From contig NC_043000.1 of assembly GCF_006345805.1 (NCBI RefSeq), forward strand, positions 48,608,001 through 48,672,000: a stretch of 64,000 nt of DNA, written 5' to 3'. The stretch is from Octopus sinensis (taxonomy: Eukaryota). Each line of letters begins with the position of its first letter. The first letter of the stretch is position 1. This document shows, piece after piece, positions 40,969 to 54,434 of this stretch. Under the pieces are notes generated by a model, which had not been told where the DNA came from, did not search any database, and saw only the letters and a program-made list of their open reading frames with translations. The translations under genes and the position numbers were made by a program.

Positions 40969-42789
40969 AGCTATCTGGAATTACCTTCCTGCTCATGACA
41001 TTTTCAGTTGTTCAAAGCGGACATCAACACTTGCCGATTTTACTGATCAGAGGTGTTGGTGGCAAGGCTGCGGGTGCTGCTCCTACCTCCAGATCAAATC
41101 ATTTAAAAAATATTACAAACAAAACAAACGAAAAAAAACAGCAAAAACAGTGATAATAGGAATAAAATACCTTTGCAACTTTTTATCTTCTTATACGCCA
41201 ATTTAAAAGTATAAAGACCTCGCAGAATATTAGCATTTTCAGTGAAAAAACGATAACTCTAAACAAAACTGTAAAATATAAAAAGAAATGAGTTCGTTTG
41301 TCTTTGAAAAATATCTGAATATATAGAAACCCTAATACTCTATGTATTCAATGTGTAAATCGGCATGAACACACTCGTCAAAGAATAACTCTCCTGTTCT
41401 CCTTGACTTGATCATAGCACAACTTATACTTTTCTTTACTGTTGAATGGATTTAATCTGTTATGCACTACTTGAAACCAGATCGCTCATTCACTGTAAAT
41501 ATTTGTGTTTTGAATCACAGAACTAGCGGAAACCTGTGCAGTTATGATATACAATTTATCACTAAATAAATAGCTTTAATAAATCATGCGGTAAATATTT
41601 AGTGATGGAAAAAATAAAATAAAAAAATACGATAAATACATAGCGTAAAGTATAGATTCGTTTTGATTTGAGAAATTATGTGAAGAAATAATAAAATGGT
41701 GGTGGTGCTATACGAAGAATTCACAAAGGAATATCGTAGTTCAGAAGTTTAGATAATCATTATCATGTGTGAGGAGAAGAAAGATGAAATGTATTCAAAA
41801 GTAAATAGTGGATAAGGCGCAATCGATTTTCAAAGGTAGAGGGTAGAAAATGGTTCTCTAATCAATAGAATATACAACACTTGTTGCCAAAGCAACCTAT
41901 TATTTTAAGCTATTTAAATATTGATTTCTTTTACTGGCACAAGACCCGTAAATTTATTGAGGAAGAGATGTATGCTCGATTGAATCAACTCCCAGTATAT
42001 TACATGTTCTTTATTTTATCGTCCCTACTGGGATGGAAGGCGTAGTTGATCACGGTACAATTTTAGATGAGATGAACATAATGAAACAGTACATTTTTTG
42101 TATAACAATATATTGCCATTAAGTAAAATGTATCAATGCAATGAAAAAATAATGTTCTGCAAAATTTCATGTTCCATGGAACAATTCCAATACATGCTTT
42201 GAATGCTTTGCCGTTTGTAAATTAAATTTAATCTCTTATACATACACAATTCACGCACTCATATATACATGAATGGATGTCCGTGTATCCATATATGTAT
42301 GTGCATATACAATTGCATTTCATTCGCAAACGGAAGAAAATATTCTTGACGTTTTCTTCTTCTTGTTCTTCTGCTTCTATGGTTATTATTATTATTACGA
42401 TCATCTTTTTCTTCTTTTTTCTTCTTCTTTATTTTCTTCTTCTTCTGCTTCTTTTTCTTCTTCTTCTTCTCCTTTTGCTTCTTCTCCTCCTTCTCCTTTT
42501 GCTTCTATTGCGTCGTCATCTTCTTCCTCGAGCGGTCGTAATCTATATGCGTTTCAGAACGCCACGCCAGAAATCTCTGTTCCCATTACCTTTGGTAGGT
42601 TCTCAATCTGATATTAACGACAATGTACATGGTTGCTCTTCAACATACTACATCTGATGTGGTCTGCTGTTCAATGCGATAGCATTGCTCAGCAAAGTCT
42701 CTCCTGCAGTGGACAGCAATCGAAAAAGTCTGCTGAATGTTTCCAGAAATCTCGTCCTTAATCTAGCTTCATGGCATAAGATATTTTTA

Positions 42790-42990
42790 GACCTTGCGTG
42801 AAGGCACGTAGCAAAGTGGTTGTGGTGATGTACACATACAAAGTCGCAGTTTCGATTCCCAGACCGGGTAGTGCGTTGTGCTCTTGACCTTCATCTTACG
42901 CTACTACATCTTACGCTACTACAATCTTTTCACCTCTAAATAAGTAACCGTGCGACGGACCAGCGTCCCATTAAGAGAGAATGTTCTGAA
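42790..42990 (+). mobile_element. Diverged tRNA-derived SINE
   Basis: gtagcaaagtgg...gtttcgattcccagaccgggtagtgcgttgtgctcttga: A/B boxes followed by the gcgttgtg motif. Confidence 0.5.
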
Positions 42991-43179
42991 CTCTCTCATT
43001 ATTCGTCATGGAAACTTTTTTTTACATAATAAAAATAGCACACAAGACTATATAGTAATTCGACCAATAATCAGGAAGAATATTTTTTACCCATGTCCTG
43101 AAGAATACCAGTATTGTTAACTTTGAAATTCTCGATTACTAGAGGTCTTGAAGATTAAAGACACTTCTGGTTAGTTCAT

Positions 43180-43430
43180 TACCTATCAAAAAAGGATGTT
43201 CTTACTCTTAGCAATATAAAGTACAAGGTTCTTGAATTTACAGACTTCTTTGCTCTGTATGCAACTTTTGGTAAAAAAGTAAGTTCGCTTTCATCTTCAT
43301 TGATGGTCATGTACTCACATATGAAAAACTATGCAGCTTTATGTAAAATACGGCCAAACATCAATGGGTCGTCCTTTTCCTTTTGTAATTGCATTGGACT
43401 ACATCCTTCGACAAAGTTTTGAAGTTAAAC
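43180..43430 (+). mobile_element. Highly decayed RT fragment (RTE/RTE-X-like)
   Basis: KK(D)VLTLSN near 43190 and FLFVIALDYILRQSF at ~43375-43415 resemble KKGDLxxxxNYR and PFLFIIxLDYVLR. Confidence 0.4.
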
Positions 43431-46400
43431 TTTTCTAGTTTAAGATGCCACTGAAACCGCATGTTTTTAAGGTATAAGTATAACTCAAGTGAGATATGTA
43501 TGGGAATTCATAATACGTGAATTAATGGCAACACCAAACTGAAATAAATTTTACATAAAGATGTACAGCATATTTTTCTCTCATTGGAAAAGTACTGTAC
43601 TGCAATTGACAATTTCACTTATAATTTCTCTTAAATTTTCGTCGGCTGAGAGTCTAGGTATACTTTTTATCGGTTGGGGAGTCAACTAGTCTGTTTTCTT
43701 GACAGGAATATTCTTCGAAGTCTGAATTGAGAATGAAAACAAAATGAAAATGATTTCCTCCTCACATTTGGGTTATAACTAGGAAGTATCAACATTTTGA
43801 GGTTTTAGCTGTGCATAGTTTGCAGACGCTACTGAAAATGTTATGAGTTGATCTTTGGAGGAGGCGGGGATTTGGCAGAGTCATTAGTGTCAGAGAGATC
43901 GCTTTTCTGGTGTTATTTTCGGCTGTTTGAGTTTAAATTTCACCGCAGTAAACTTCGATTTTCATCATCTGATGGTTCATCAAATGTACAAGTCAAAATC
44001 GGTGGAAGGAAAGAACGCAGGAAACTGATGCATAGCAGTATTTGTTCTGACTCGTTGTGTTGTGAGATCAAATCCCGCCATGGCTTACTTCAGCAGTAGA
44101 CTTAACCCATTTTTCATTTCACAATTTCTCACCGTCATCTTGCACATCTGCTGACTTTAGTGGCATTCAGTAATTTACAAGCATTTGGATTAGGTTTAAA
44201 GACATTTTCCTTTGTGTCTTCAGCAGTCTTGGAACATAGGAACTGACTACCATCCGGATAAAAAGACAAATATCTACTCCAAATTATTGCCTGATCACGT
44301 CTTAAATATAATGAGATGATGCCTTTCTTCAAATACAAACCAAACTCTTAATCATATTTCCTCGAATTTCTAGAATCCAAATATGAGGGAAAATACATTC
44401 GACGAATTTCTTGTTGTCTTTATTTTGTTTAAAGATTCTGGAGTTTACAACCCAACGAAATTTAAACTAGATGGCTTTTTTTCATCATCATGTCAAGTGT
44501 TGTTAACAAACTATATTCTCTGTACATTTTCCCAAATGTGTTACACTTTGTGTGACTCATCTCATTCATGCGAACCAAGTAAATACAAATGTTCCTCTTC
44601 TATATTGCATTCAGTTATTTCATTCCAGATTAATTTTGTCAATCTGATTTGTTGTGTATTTGAGAAAATTATAGAAACAATAAATATAGTTGTCGAATAG
44701 GGGTGTATGAGTTTACTTTTATTTATAGGAGGATAAATGTATGTATTTATATAAGGTGAAACATTTAAATCTAATCGAAGCCAGAGTACTAAACTGTAAA
44801 GATATTAAAAATATCCATATCAGCTGTTATGTCTTCAAGGAGATATATCATTTTATATATTGCAAGATATAATCCAGTCACACACACAAACACCGCCCAC
44901 ACAGACACCAGAAACATAAACCCCAGACACACACACATACACACATACACACACATGTATTTATGTGAGAAAATATATATATACGTTTATACGTATCCTT
45001 CAATTTTTTTTATGTCTAAGAAGAGGAAATTATTATGAGTAGCTGGATTTCGTTCACGATAGCATTAAACATATATTTGATGGGCTATATGTAAAGTTAT
45101 AGTGTAACTCTAAAAATCAAAATTTCAAAAACATTATCCTGGTTGTAGCTTATACAAGTACACATTCCATAGTAATCATTCACAACCAGAAACAGAAATA
45201 TATTCGCATTACTACCTGCAGCCTACTGAGACCGAATTATATATGGCGTTTATAGGAATATAAAACGTATGTGATTTTATACACATTAAATAGTCATTTT
45301 TGGAAATCGTTGGAAAAAAAATCTTTATTTGTTTTTCCATATATTATATAAGAGTTTTTACTATGCTATTTTAAACTTTCAACCTGTCTTTTGAATGTCA
45401 AACAGCGATGAGACATTTACAACCTTAGAAATAGTTAATTGCTCTTGCCTTTTAATGCCTGGTATTATTATCCATTATTCTGAAACACGCTGGAAGACAT
45501 GCAGTCTCATTCCCGTGACGTGGGTACAAAAGTAGTTCTACAATACGCTTCTGCATTAACAATCCAATTCTTTTTGAAAATAATTTCTTGTTAATGTTAC
45601 AGTGCGAATATTTTCAATCAAAGGAAGCCATGATAATTTAAGACTAATATGGTTACCTATTTATATTATCCATATAGTTAATTCGAAAGATTAGATTAAC
45701 TTTGGACGAAAGAGTTTAGAAACGATATTATCGAAGACATGGTGCACGTGAAACTGAAAATTTAATCTTCGAAGACAAATTGATAAGAAATTAAAATCTG
45801 TCAGTAATTTATGTAGTCATTTCAAGATGTCAATTATACTTTGTCACAGAATCATTATGGAAGTCGGACAAATTGTCGATTTTGTCGTATTACACGAAAA
45901 TGATTTGTTGAATGCTGAAAATGTTTTCGTGGATTAGTGATACTTTTGAATCTCACTATTTTCATAAATTTAGAAAGTTCGATTGAAAGGTTCCAAATAA
46001 TGGTTGAAGAGGACACGTGGAATGACAATACCTGCATATGCAGATACACACATGCTTACACAAACACACCACACACATGCGCACACACACACACACACAC
46101 CACACACACACATATATATATATATACATACACACCCCATATTTCTACACTTCCAGGACTTAAAAATGTTCCTCTCGTTCTAGTCTAGCGATCCTTCATG
46201 TTTCTTTTCGTTCGGTTTCCTTGTATGTCTCCATTATAATGTTTGTGTCTCCAACTTTAAGCCTTCGCCAATCCTAAATTTTATTTTAGAATTTATAGGT
46301 GCAACAGTCTTTGAACACTCATAATATTGATGAATGCTCGAAACTAGGAGTAGATAGACAGCCGACAACTGGACAGGTGAAGGGTCCTTTCTCTGTATTT

Positions 46401-46496
46401 ACTTGTCCTGTTTACCATTTTTTCTCTTTTTTTACGTATTTCATGTTACTTGCACTATTGTTGGTGATATCCTGTGCCCATACATACATACATACA

Positions 46497-46529
<33 letters not shown>

Positions 46530-46544
46530 GCATTTATCGTTCAA

Positions 46545-46795
46545 ATGTACAGATAATAAATGACAAAGACAGGTAAGGGAACAACAAGCAGGTGTATTAG
46601 TTTGACGCTCAGGAAGAATGAAAGTTTTTGACATTGGAGCCCATGGTCTTTGACAGAAAGGGATGAGCGGAAAAAACGTAGAGGGAGCGAGACAAAACGG
46701 GGAGTGAAAAATGTGGGGATTAACGGTTTAACATTATGAAATAGATATAGAAAAACCTGTTTTTTCGCCAGAAGCGACAAATTACAGGCCTTGAG
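46545..46795 (-). mobile_element. PLE terminal-repeat-like fragment with decayed hammerhead
   Basis: Shares cctgagcgtc.aa..aatac with 52615-52817. At 46621-46660 the minus strand reads cttt CTGTCAA agaccatgggctc CAATGTC aaaa, a mutated hammerhead in the same relative position. Confidence 0.45.
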
Positions 46796-46817
46796 TATAT
46801 ATATGTATGTATGTGTA

Positions 46818-46886
<69 letters not shown>

Positions 46887-46889
46887 CAT

Positions 46890-46943
<54 letters not shown>

Positions 46944-46988
46944 ATACATATATGTATGTATGTATGTATGCATGCATGTATGAAGTGA

Positions 46989-47269
46989 AAAAGCAGAAAT
47001 TTAATTTACTGCATCAAATGCCCGAATTATGAAGCACTGTATGTAGGTCAGACTGGTAATGCTCTATCAGAGCGTCCACTTGTACACCAACAGCAAATTA
47101 GAGACCCAGATGTCCTTCAGATAGCTTTGAGTAACCATGTACCAACAGGTGGTCATAGAATATTTATGATATTTCCATTCTACAAACTACACAATCCAAG
47201 TGAAATCGAGAGAAAAATCGGAGAAAAGAAGTTATTAATAAATTCCAATCCAAGCTAAATAAACAATAA
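46989..47269 (+). pseudogene. Penelope-like GIY-YIG endonuclease remnant
   Basis: [40 protein letters not shown]...LSNH...FPFYKL...ERKIGEKK, then a frameshift to INKFQSKLNKQ*. This fits the IY...Y(I/V)GxT..R..H..E..N motif series. Not in the ORF track because it lacks a start codon. Confidence 0.8.
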
Positions 47270-47465
47270 TAATAATTCTTAGAGGTACTATTTCTATTGC
47301 TATAATGACTACCACTAACAACAATACGAAAGGTTATCCTGATGACGATAGCAGGAAAATACTAGCTAAGTCAAGAGAAAAGTGAGTAAAAATAATGTTA
47401 TTTAGGGTTAAAGTTCTATTACTACAGCTACTCTTACCACTATTTACAAAATTTCTAAAAATAAT

Positions 47466-47963
47466 CATACACCGGAAAAGGTAATGGACACAAATGGATT
47501 AGAAAAATCGTCTTGGACTTTAAATTCCAGACAGACAAGGTGTTAGAGCACCGAAGGCCGGATACAGTAACCTTTATAAGGGACGAATAAGAGTGCCTAA
47601 TAATTGATGTGGCAGTTCCAGGAGATTAACATGAAACAAAGTGAAAAGATTGATAAATATGGAAACATGAGAACAGAGATCACCAATATGTGATAGCTAC
47701 GAGAGTCAAACATAAGGGTTGTCCCTGTTGTCATCGGAGTATTGAGTTCAATACCATCCAAACTGAAGAAACATATGGAAGCATTAGAAATACTCTACGA
47801 TCTAGGTGTATTGCAAAAATGGGCATTACTTGAAACTACACGCGTGTTGCATAAAGTATTGTCTGTCTGAGATCCTTGTTGTGACTTGACAGACAGTATA
47901 AACCCTCCGTAAACACAATATCTTCAATTCGCATTACGATACTGGATACTGTGGACGTCTTAA
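47466..47963 (+). mobile_element. R4/Dong-type 3' end (RLE domain plus 3' UTR)
   Basis: DFKFQTDKVLEHRRPDTV...CLIIDVAVPGD...KIDKY...VVPVVIGVLSSIP...LQKWALLETTRVLHKVLSV* (stop at 47870), followed by a long (TAA)n. Confidence 0.85.
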
Positions 47964-47996
47964 ATAATAATAATAATAATAATAAATAATGATATG

Positions 47997-48034
<38 letters not shown>

Positions 48035-48036
48035 TG

Positions 48037-48074
<38 letters not shown>

Positions 48075-48235
48075 TGATAATAATAATAATAATATAATAA
48101 TAATAATAAATAATGATAATAATAAAAATAAATAATGATAATAATAATAATGAATAATGATAATAATAATAACAACAAAAACAACAAAAACAACAACAGC
48201 AGCAGTATCAGCAGCAACAACAACAATAATAATAA
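47964..48235. repeat. Compound (AAT)n/(AAC)n/(AGC)n microsatellite
   Basis: Directly visible. Confidence 0.95.
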
Positions 48236-49039
48236 ATGCATAAATAAAAATAATATTAATAATCGAAACACTCGTTAGCATGCCGAAGAAAGGGCTTCGC
48301 GCATTTCGTCCGTAAAGACTGACAAAATGCCACCAAAAATCTTCTCCAGGGTGTTAAAGATTATGTTAGCCTGCTACCTAGAAATAAGAAATATTGGTTT
48401 AAAGTTTGGTACTAGGCCAGTAATTTCGGGGCAGGGACAATTCGAATTCAGAAATGTTAACAACAAATAGTGCTATTCTATTCACATCTAGATTTTCCGA
48501 TGCATGGAATTGTTTTAACCGTCGGTAAGTTATATTATATGATATATACTTTGAGAAATCGAGAGTATATTTTTGAATGAATTTACGTCTAATGATTCAA
48601 TTCCTAATGGATTACATTGGGTAAAAAACCCTTAAAACTGAGGAACTAATCAACATAGATTATGAACTCCGAAATGCTGTCGAATCTTAAAAATCAAAGC
48701 TATGTATGGTAATACAATATACGCAGAGTTTCTTCCGATTATTCGATCATAAAAGTTATAGACTATGTGAAAATCTGTATTTTATTTGAGTTTACTTATA
48801 TACCTTAGGCATGTATTGTACGTCTTATATTTCTGAAGGAAATATCGTCGATATATTCACACACATATACATGATTAATACTACTTATGTAACTATCTAT
48901 GGGGCTCGTATTTATACATATATTTACAATGAAATATATGATAGCACTGAGTATATATCTTATATAATATTAAGGCGTTTGAAATCAGTGTTAACATTAT
49001 TGATATTATTGTTATTCATTTCATCGTCGTCGCCGTCGT

Positions 49040-49180
<141 letters not shown>

Positions 49181-50329
49181 AAGAGTGTTGGTCCATAAAC
49201 CATGCTGCGGTTATCAAAAATAATTTTAGAATAAGAAATTCTGACCTCGTGGAATATAATTACCACTAGCACTGTGTAGTGTGCAACGAAATGTGAAAGA
49301 ATGCCAATCTCATAATATCCCGGGGATATCTTTGTTCTTTCACTTTCGCTTCATTTGAAGTCTTTCATTTTAAATAATAGATCATAATAAAATTTTCCGG
49401 CTCTATAACATCGCTAACTATATATGTAATGTAGTCGCAACAACACTAAACTTCTAAGACTTTTAAAAATGAAATATCACTTCTTACGACAACATCTGAA
49501 TATCGTTTGCTTTGGAGACAATGAAATTAATACTATTAATGTAGAATGAATCACATGATCGACTGATCATTCTTGTTCTATCTTGATATACGTGATATTA
49601 TTTTATATATAATGTATTAAGGTTTTATACTATAAACAAAAAAATGATACATCTCATTAGAATTATGTCTATTTTAAATATGACGTTATATATAACAATA
49701 TTAAGATACATCAAACATTTTTTTTTCCTTTCATGTAACAACTTCATTTAAGGATATTTCACATTGAAATATAACATTGGTACATGTACGGGTGATTGCA
49801 CAACCATAGCGTATTGGTCATTCAAGTTATTGACCGCAGTAGGATGAAAGTTGTTATTGACGGGATTTGAACTGAGATTGTAAAGCAGCTGGGATAAACA
49901 GTTTCTCATATAATTTTGCCAGTACACAAAAAGAAAACTAAAAGTAACGATTTAAACAGCATGTGGTTTCTTTAAATAGAAATAAGGATTTCTTCATTTA
50001 AATATTTTAAAGATTATTTTCAAGTTATTTTCATAACAAATATATCAAAAACGAAAATAGTTTTTCATTTGTAAAAAACACATGTTTATGACTGTTGCAA
50101 TTCAAATTAGAATATTTTAAAGACATGCTGAATTTAGGGCGGCAGTGATATGCAAGAAATGAGAATTTTTAGCTACATTGAAGCAACTTTTGAGTTTCAT
50201 TGTACACAGACATACACTTTCACACACACACACACACACACACACATATCAATCTTTAAGGCTATATAATTTTTAAATGATTTTAAAAATAAGCACTAAA
50301 CACTTCCTGGTGATGAGACTCAATACCAC

Positions 50330-51250
50330 CAACAGAATGAAACACTTATAAACATAATTTTCACTCCATTTTTCGATGTTTCCGGAACACATGTGTTTTA
50401 TATTAATCGGGGCTATTATGAGGCTTACGGCAGAACTGTGGGTGTCCAGCACTGTCGGTATGGTTTCTGCAGCAGATGAGACTTTCTTTTGCAATGAGCA
50501 CAGCGTCGTCTCACATTGTGTGTTAGTTGCTTGACCTTGCTGTTCATGCTACATTTCCTGTCTCAAACACTATTTCGAGACGTGTAATGAAGAGTTTTGA
50601 GAAGATGGGCTATGCTTGTCTAAGGGCCTTCCAAACTGGAATTCTTGTGAGGAACGATAGTAAAAATATATCAGTGATCAAGCCTGAGGTTCGTCCTTGA
50701 GAAGTTTGATGTTTTGCTCCTCAGATCTTTGCATCTCCAGGCGCTTCAGCATTGCATTCTCCGATACACCATCAAATCAACGAAGGTGACTCAAAGAGAC
50801 AGTTTATATCCTTTCGCTTATTCTAGAACAAGTGTTTGATTGAATAAATGATGGCCTTGTGACTCAATATAAGATACATTGGGGGCAATAGCTTCACAGA
50901 TTTCACCCCTTCACTTTACTCCTTCCACATCATTGGGTATCTTTCTTCTTTCAAGTAAGGAATGTATTGTAGACGGAGGGTGGTTCACTGCTGCTTTCAT
51001 CTGCTCATAAATATTTCTATTGCTACATCATAATTTCCTGAGGCTTTACTATATTCATCAGCTTCAAAGCATTCGCTATTTCAGTGATCAAAATAGGTGA
51101 CATTTCTTGTAACATTTATAGTGATAGAATAAAGAGCGTCACCGATGATGACTTTAAAAAAGGATTATTGTTAAGGATTTCACAAACATAATCCATCTCT
51201 CTTTTAGCAATTACCGTGAGCCTGTCGTTGCTCTTAAGCGCTGTCACCGA
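50330..51250 (-). mobile_element. Decayed RTE-clade LINE RT region
   Basis: PILITEIANALKLMN..KASGNYDVAIE; KALRQA*PIFSKLFITRLEIVF; TLCSLQKKVSSAAETIPTVL..HSSAVSLII. These parallel RTE motifs EVxxAIKxMKxGKAPG, GVRQGDxISPKLF and LRFADDIVL..ESKKVGLKIN. Confidence 0.55.
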
Positions 51251-51512
51251 TTTATATAATGTCATATCTCTCTTTCGATAAAAGGTCACCCGAAGTAACA
51301 GTCTTGCTTTCTTTATCCTTTCTTCTCCTTACTATTCACTTATGCACAACTTTTATTGCTATATTTTGTGTGTGCGTTTGCTTACAGATACCGCTTACGT
51401 AATACTCACCGCCTTCAAATGTTTGTCTACCTGTCGTATTACCTGTCACATTACTCGTCTGTCCGTTTTTATTCCCCTTTTTTCCATTTGTGCAATTTCA
51501 CACGCGCAAACA

Positions 51513-51590
<78 letters not shown>

Positions 51591-51600
51591 GTATGTGTGC

Positions 51601-51634
<34 letters not shown>

Positions 51635-52614
51635 ATTTGCTAATATCTTGAATGAGAATTGAGTTATGTCTCAGGATATTATCATATGATCATATACGTT
51701 TAAACTTGAATATAATTTTCAGGGAGAAAGTGAAAAGGATAATAGATATTCTTCCTCAACGCCACCAAGGGATAAAGTGGATACACATTTTATATCAATG
51801 TCGATACATAAATTGCCTGGATGGCATTGTCAATAACAATGGACTAATTCACTAACTGCATTTCGTGAGTTCAAGAAATCTAGTAAATAGGGCTTATCAG
51901 AGTGTCGTGGGAAGTTAATTGCGACCAATATTCTCTCCGAGGTCAGAGCGAATTTTCATAATAGAATGCAATTCGTGGATATATGCCATTCTATTTTCTT
52001 TTTCGTTGTGTATTACTTGGCTAGCTTCTTACTTAAGATCTAAGAAGTGGTCTTTTGCTTATGCACATTCGTCCATACAGTCATATAAACACGTGCATAT
52101 ATATACATACACGCGCACACACATATGTTTATATGTATGTAGGTATCATGTTTGCATGTATATATGCTCTCTTTCTCTTTAATTTTAGAGGGAATTTTTA
52201 CCTTCACCTACTTAATAGCAAGGTTGTGATGAAATGTATTTTGTTCTTACCCTCATACTATGGATATATGTATAAATGTATGTATGCATGTATGTATGCG
52301 TGTGTGTATGTATGTATACATGTATGCATGTATACATGTATGTATGTATCAGTTACTGCATTCAGGTATGAAGGAAAAAACAGGTACAACAGAACTCAAA
52401 AACGGGAAATAATAGTGTTCATTTTAATACTGAACAAGTAAAAATTGAGGTATATTCAGGGGTTAAGGGTTTGTTCGTTGTACTGAATACATCCCTCACA
52501 CTACAAGACTCACAAATTATGCAAATTTATATGAATATACATAAGTGTTTGTGTATCTGTGATTTTCTTTAAATTGCTTTTGCTCATTTCTATACTATAA
52601 TATATATATAAATG

Positions 52615-52817
52615 TGACCGCGTGTGTACCGTTGGCGATTTTTTCCCTCTGTCTTCCCTTCTCTGGATCTTTCCTTCTCCTATGTTTCCGACGAAGAGCT
52701 CCGCTCGAAACGTTAAACCCTCCTTCTTTCCTTCTTTCCTGAGCGTCCAATAATACTATATTTGTTCCACGTCCTCGCGTTGTTGTGTTTCTTTGTGCTT
52801 TCATGTTTGGATTACCT
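52615..52817 (+). mobile_element. Solo PLE terminal-repeat-like fragment carrying a hammerhead
   Basis: Contains the 52684 hammerhead, is related to 46545-46795, and abuts (TA)n. Confidence 0.6.
52684..52718 (+). ncRNA. Minimal type I hammerhead ribozyme with U4C core variant
   Basis: GTTT CCGACGA a GAGC tcc GCTC GAA ACGT T AAAC: stem I GTTT/AAAC, stem II GAGC/GCTC, palindromic stem III ACGT. Confidence 0.65.
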
Positions 52818-52959
52818 TTATATATATATATATATATATACAAAGAGCAATAAAGATTCAAGTTAATTTTAAAAAATTTACTTGAATATGGTACCTAACT
52901 TAGATGCACCAAAAAAAACTATACTGATTTAACAATACAGTAATGTGGGGTGATTATAA

Positions 52960-54434
52960 GCGAGAAAGAAGCAACAAGAATGGATAGGTTTTTAGTACGA
53001 TCGTTTCATACAAGGACAGGTTTTATTAAAAGTTGCAAAGATTACAGCATATAAACGAGTCCCGTACTCATCAGCTAAAATACATGTAAGTTCTCTAGAC
53101 ATCCTAGTGTTTGAGGCTATACTCATGAAGTAATGTAGATAATTAAACAGATTTCTAAAGTTCATTAAAGTTCCTTAAAGATGATGTATAGTCTTATCAC
53201 AGAATTTTAAAAAAGTTTTGATAGCATCACAGAGAAGGTGACCTAATCCATATGAATTTCCATAGATATGATGAGGGATTATATACTCACAGAAGACAAA
53301 TTTATCCATTGTTATTAGCATTACAGAGAGGGTGAATTAATCCTTTGTATATATGCACAGATTCCAATGGTGTAGATGTAAATTTCCAGAGAAATGGAGA
53401 TGAATTTCATATTCACAGGCGATAAATTTTACAATGGTTGAACACAATGAGGTAGGTACCAATCCTTGTTATATGATTAGGTGTTTGCCATATTAATCAC
53501 ACTACTGCTATTCACAAGAGGCTGTAGCTATCTAACTCTTAAAGGTTGAAGGGCTTACTAGATCGGCCAAGAATAGAGAAGGGAATAGAAGAAAAGAGAG
53601 AAAATAATGGAGGAGGGAGCAAAAAAGGGGGGGAAAGGGGGACTAAAAGAGAAGAGAAAAGGAAACAGAGAATAAGAAGAAGAAAAAAAGAAAAAGAGAA
53701 AAGAGAAAGAAATAGGGAAAGAAGGGAAAAAAAGAAAAAGAAAAAAGAGGGTTCTAGTTATACAGAAGAGCTAGTAGACTGTAAGTCTGGTTTTAATCAA
53801 CAGGCATCTAGGAACTGGAGGGGGAATATTATTCTTTGACCAGTAAACCGTTATTTATTGCTGTTGAAATCAGCTATGAGTTTAAAGAGAATCTAAAGAG
53901 ATAACACAGTCAGGGGTTAAGGGGTCAGATGCTAAAAACACCAGAAAATACATTAGGAAAATCTAAGTATAATCTTATCAAAAAGTCATTAAAAATTTCC
54001 TTATTTAATTTATTCATTTTATTGTCTTAAGGAGTTGTCGTTATTATTCATACATTGACCGACTACAGGTCAAATCTTATAAGATCATTTACAAGGTGTT
54101 AGGGGATTGTCTATCCTAATGAAGATAATCATATTATCACCGAGGGAATAGCCTTATTTATTTAATTATGAAATAGAATTATGGGGCTACAGTAACTAAT
54201 TATAATTTATTAGAGTTATGCTATTTAAATTAGATTAAGTTAGGAATTAAAATTAAATATTACAATTAAGATTTAAAATTAAGAATTTAAAATTGCGAGT
54301 TTGAAATTAAATAAAGCCTCAATTAAGTAGCGAATAAGTACTATTCATTTCCCTGTTCTCAAAAAACTGATGTAGATATAAGGAAAAGGATAAAGATAAC
54401 TGTAATGTGAGAACTCTTAGTTATCTACTTAAAG
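52960..54434 (-). repeat. Left arm of 1.47-kb inverted repeat
   Basis: Begins gcgagaaagaagcaacaag and ends ttatctacttaaag. The differences from the right arm that I found are mostly 1-nt indels in homopolymer or purine runs. Confidence 0.95.
52990..53080 (-). ncRNA. Type I hammerhead ribozyme (left-arm copy)
   Basis: Reverse complement of 56811-56900 with one extra base in the stem II extension. Confidence 0.85.

Noticed and set aside
47330-47375. ctgatgacgatagcaggaaa just downstream of the GIY-YIG relic
   Set aside because: Right position for a PLE hammerhead, but stems I-III do not pair.
53546-53839. Lys/Glu/Arg-rich ORF, mirrored at 56118-56345
   Set aside because: It is the translation of a GA-rich tract in the inverted arms, and the two copies differ in frame, so it is unlikely to be coding.
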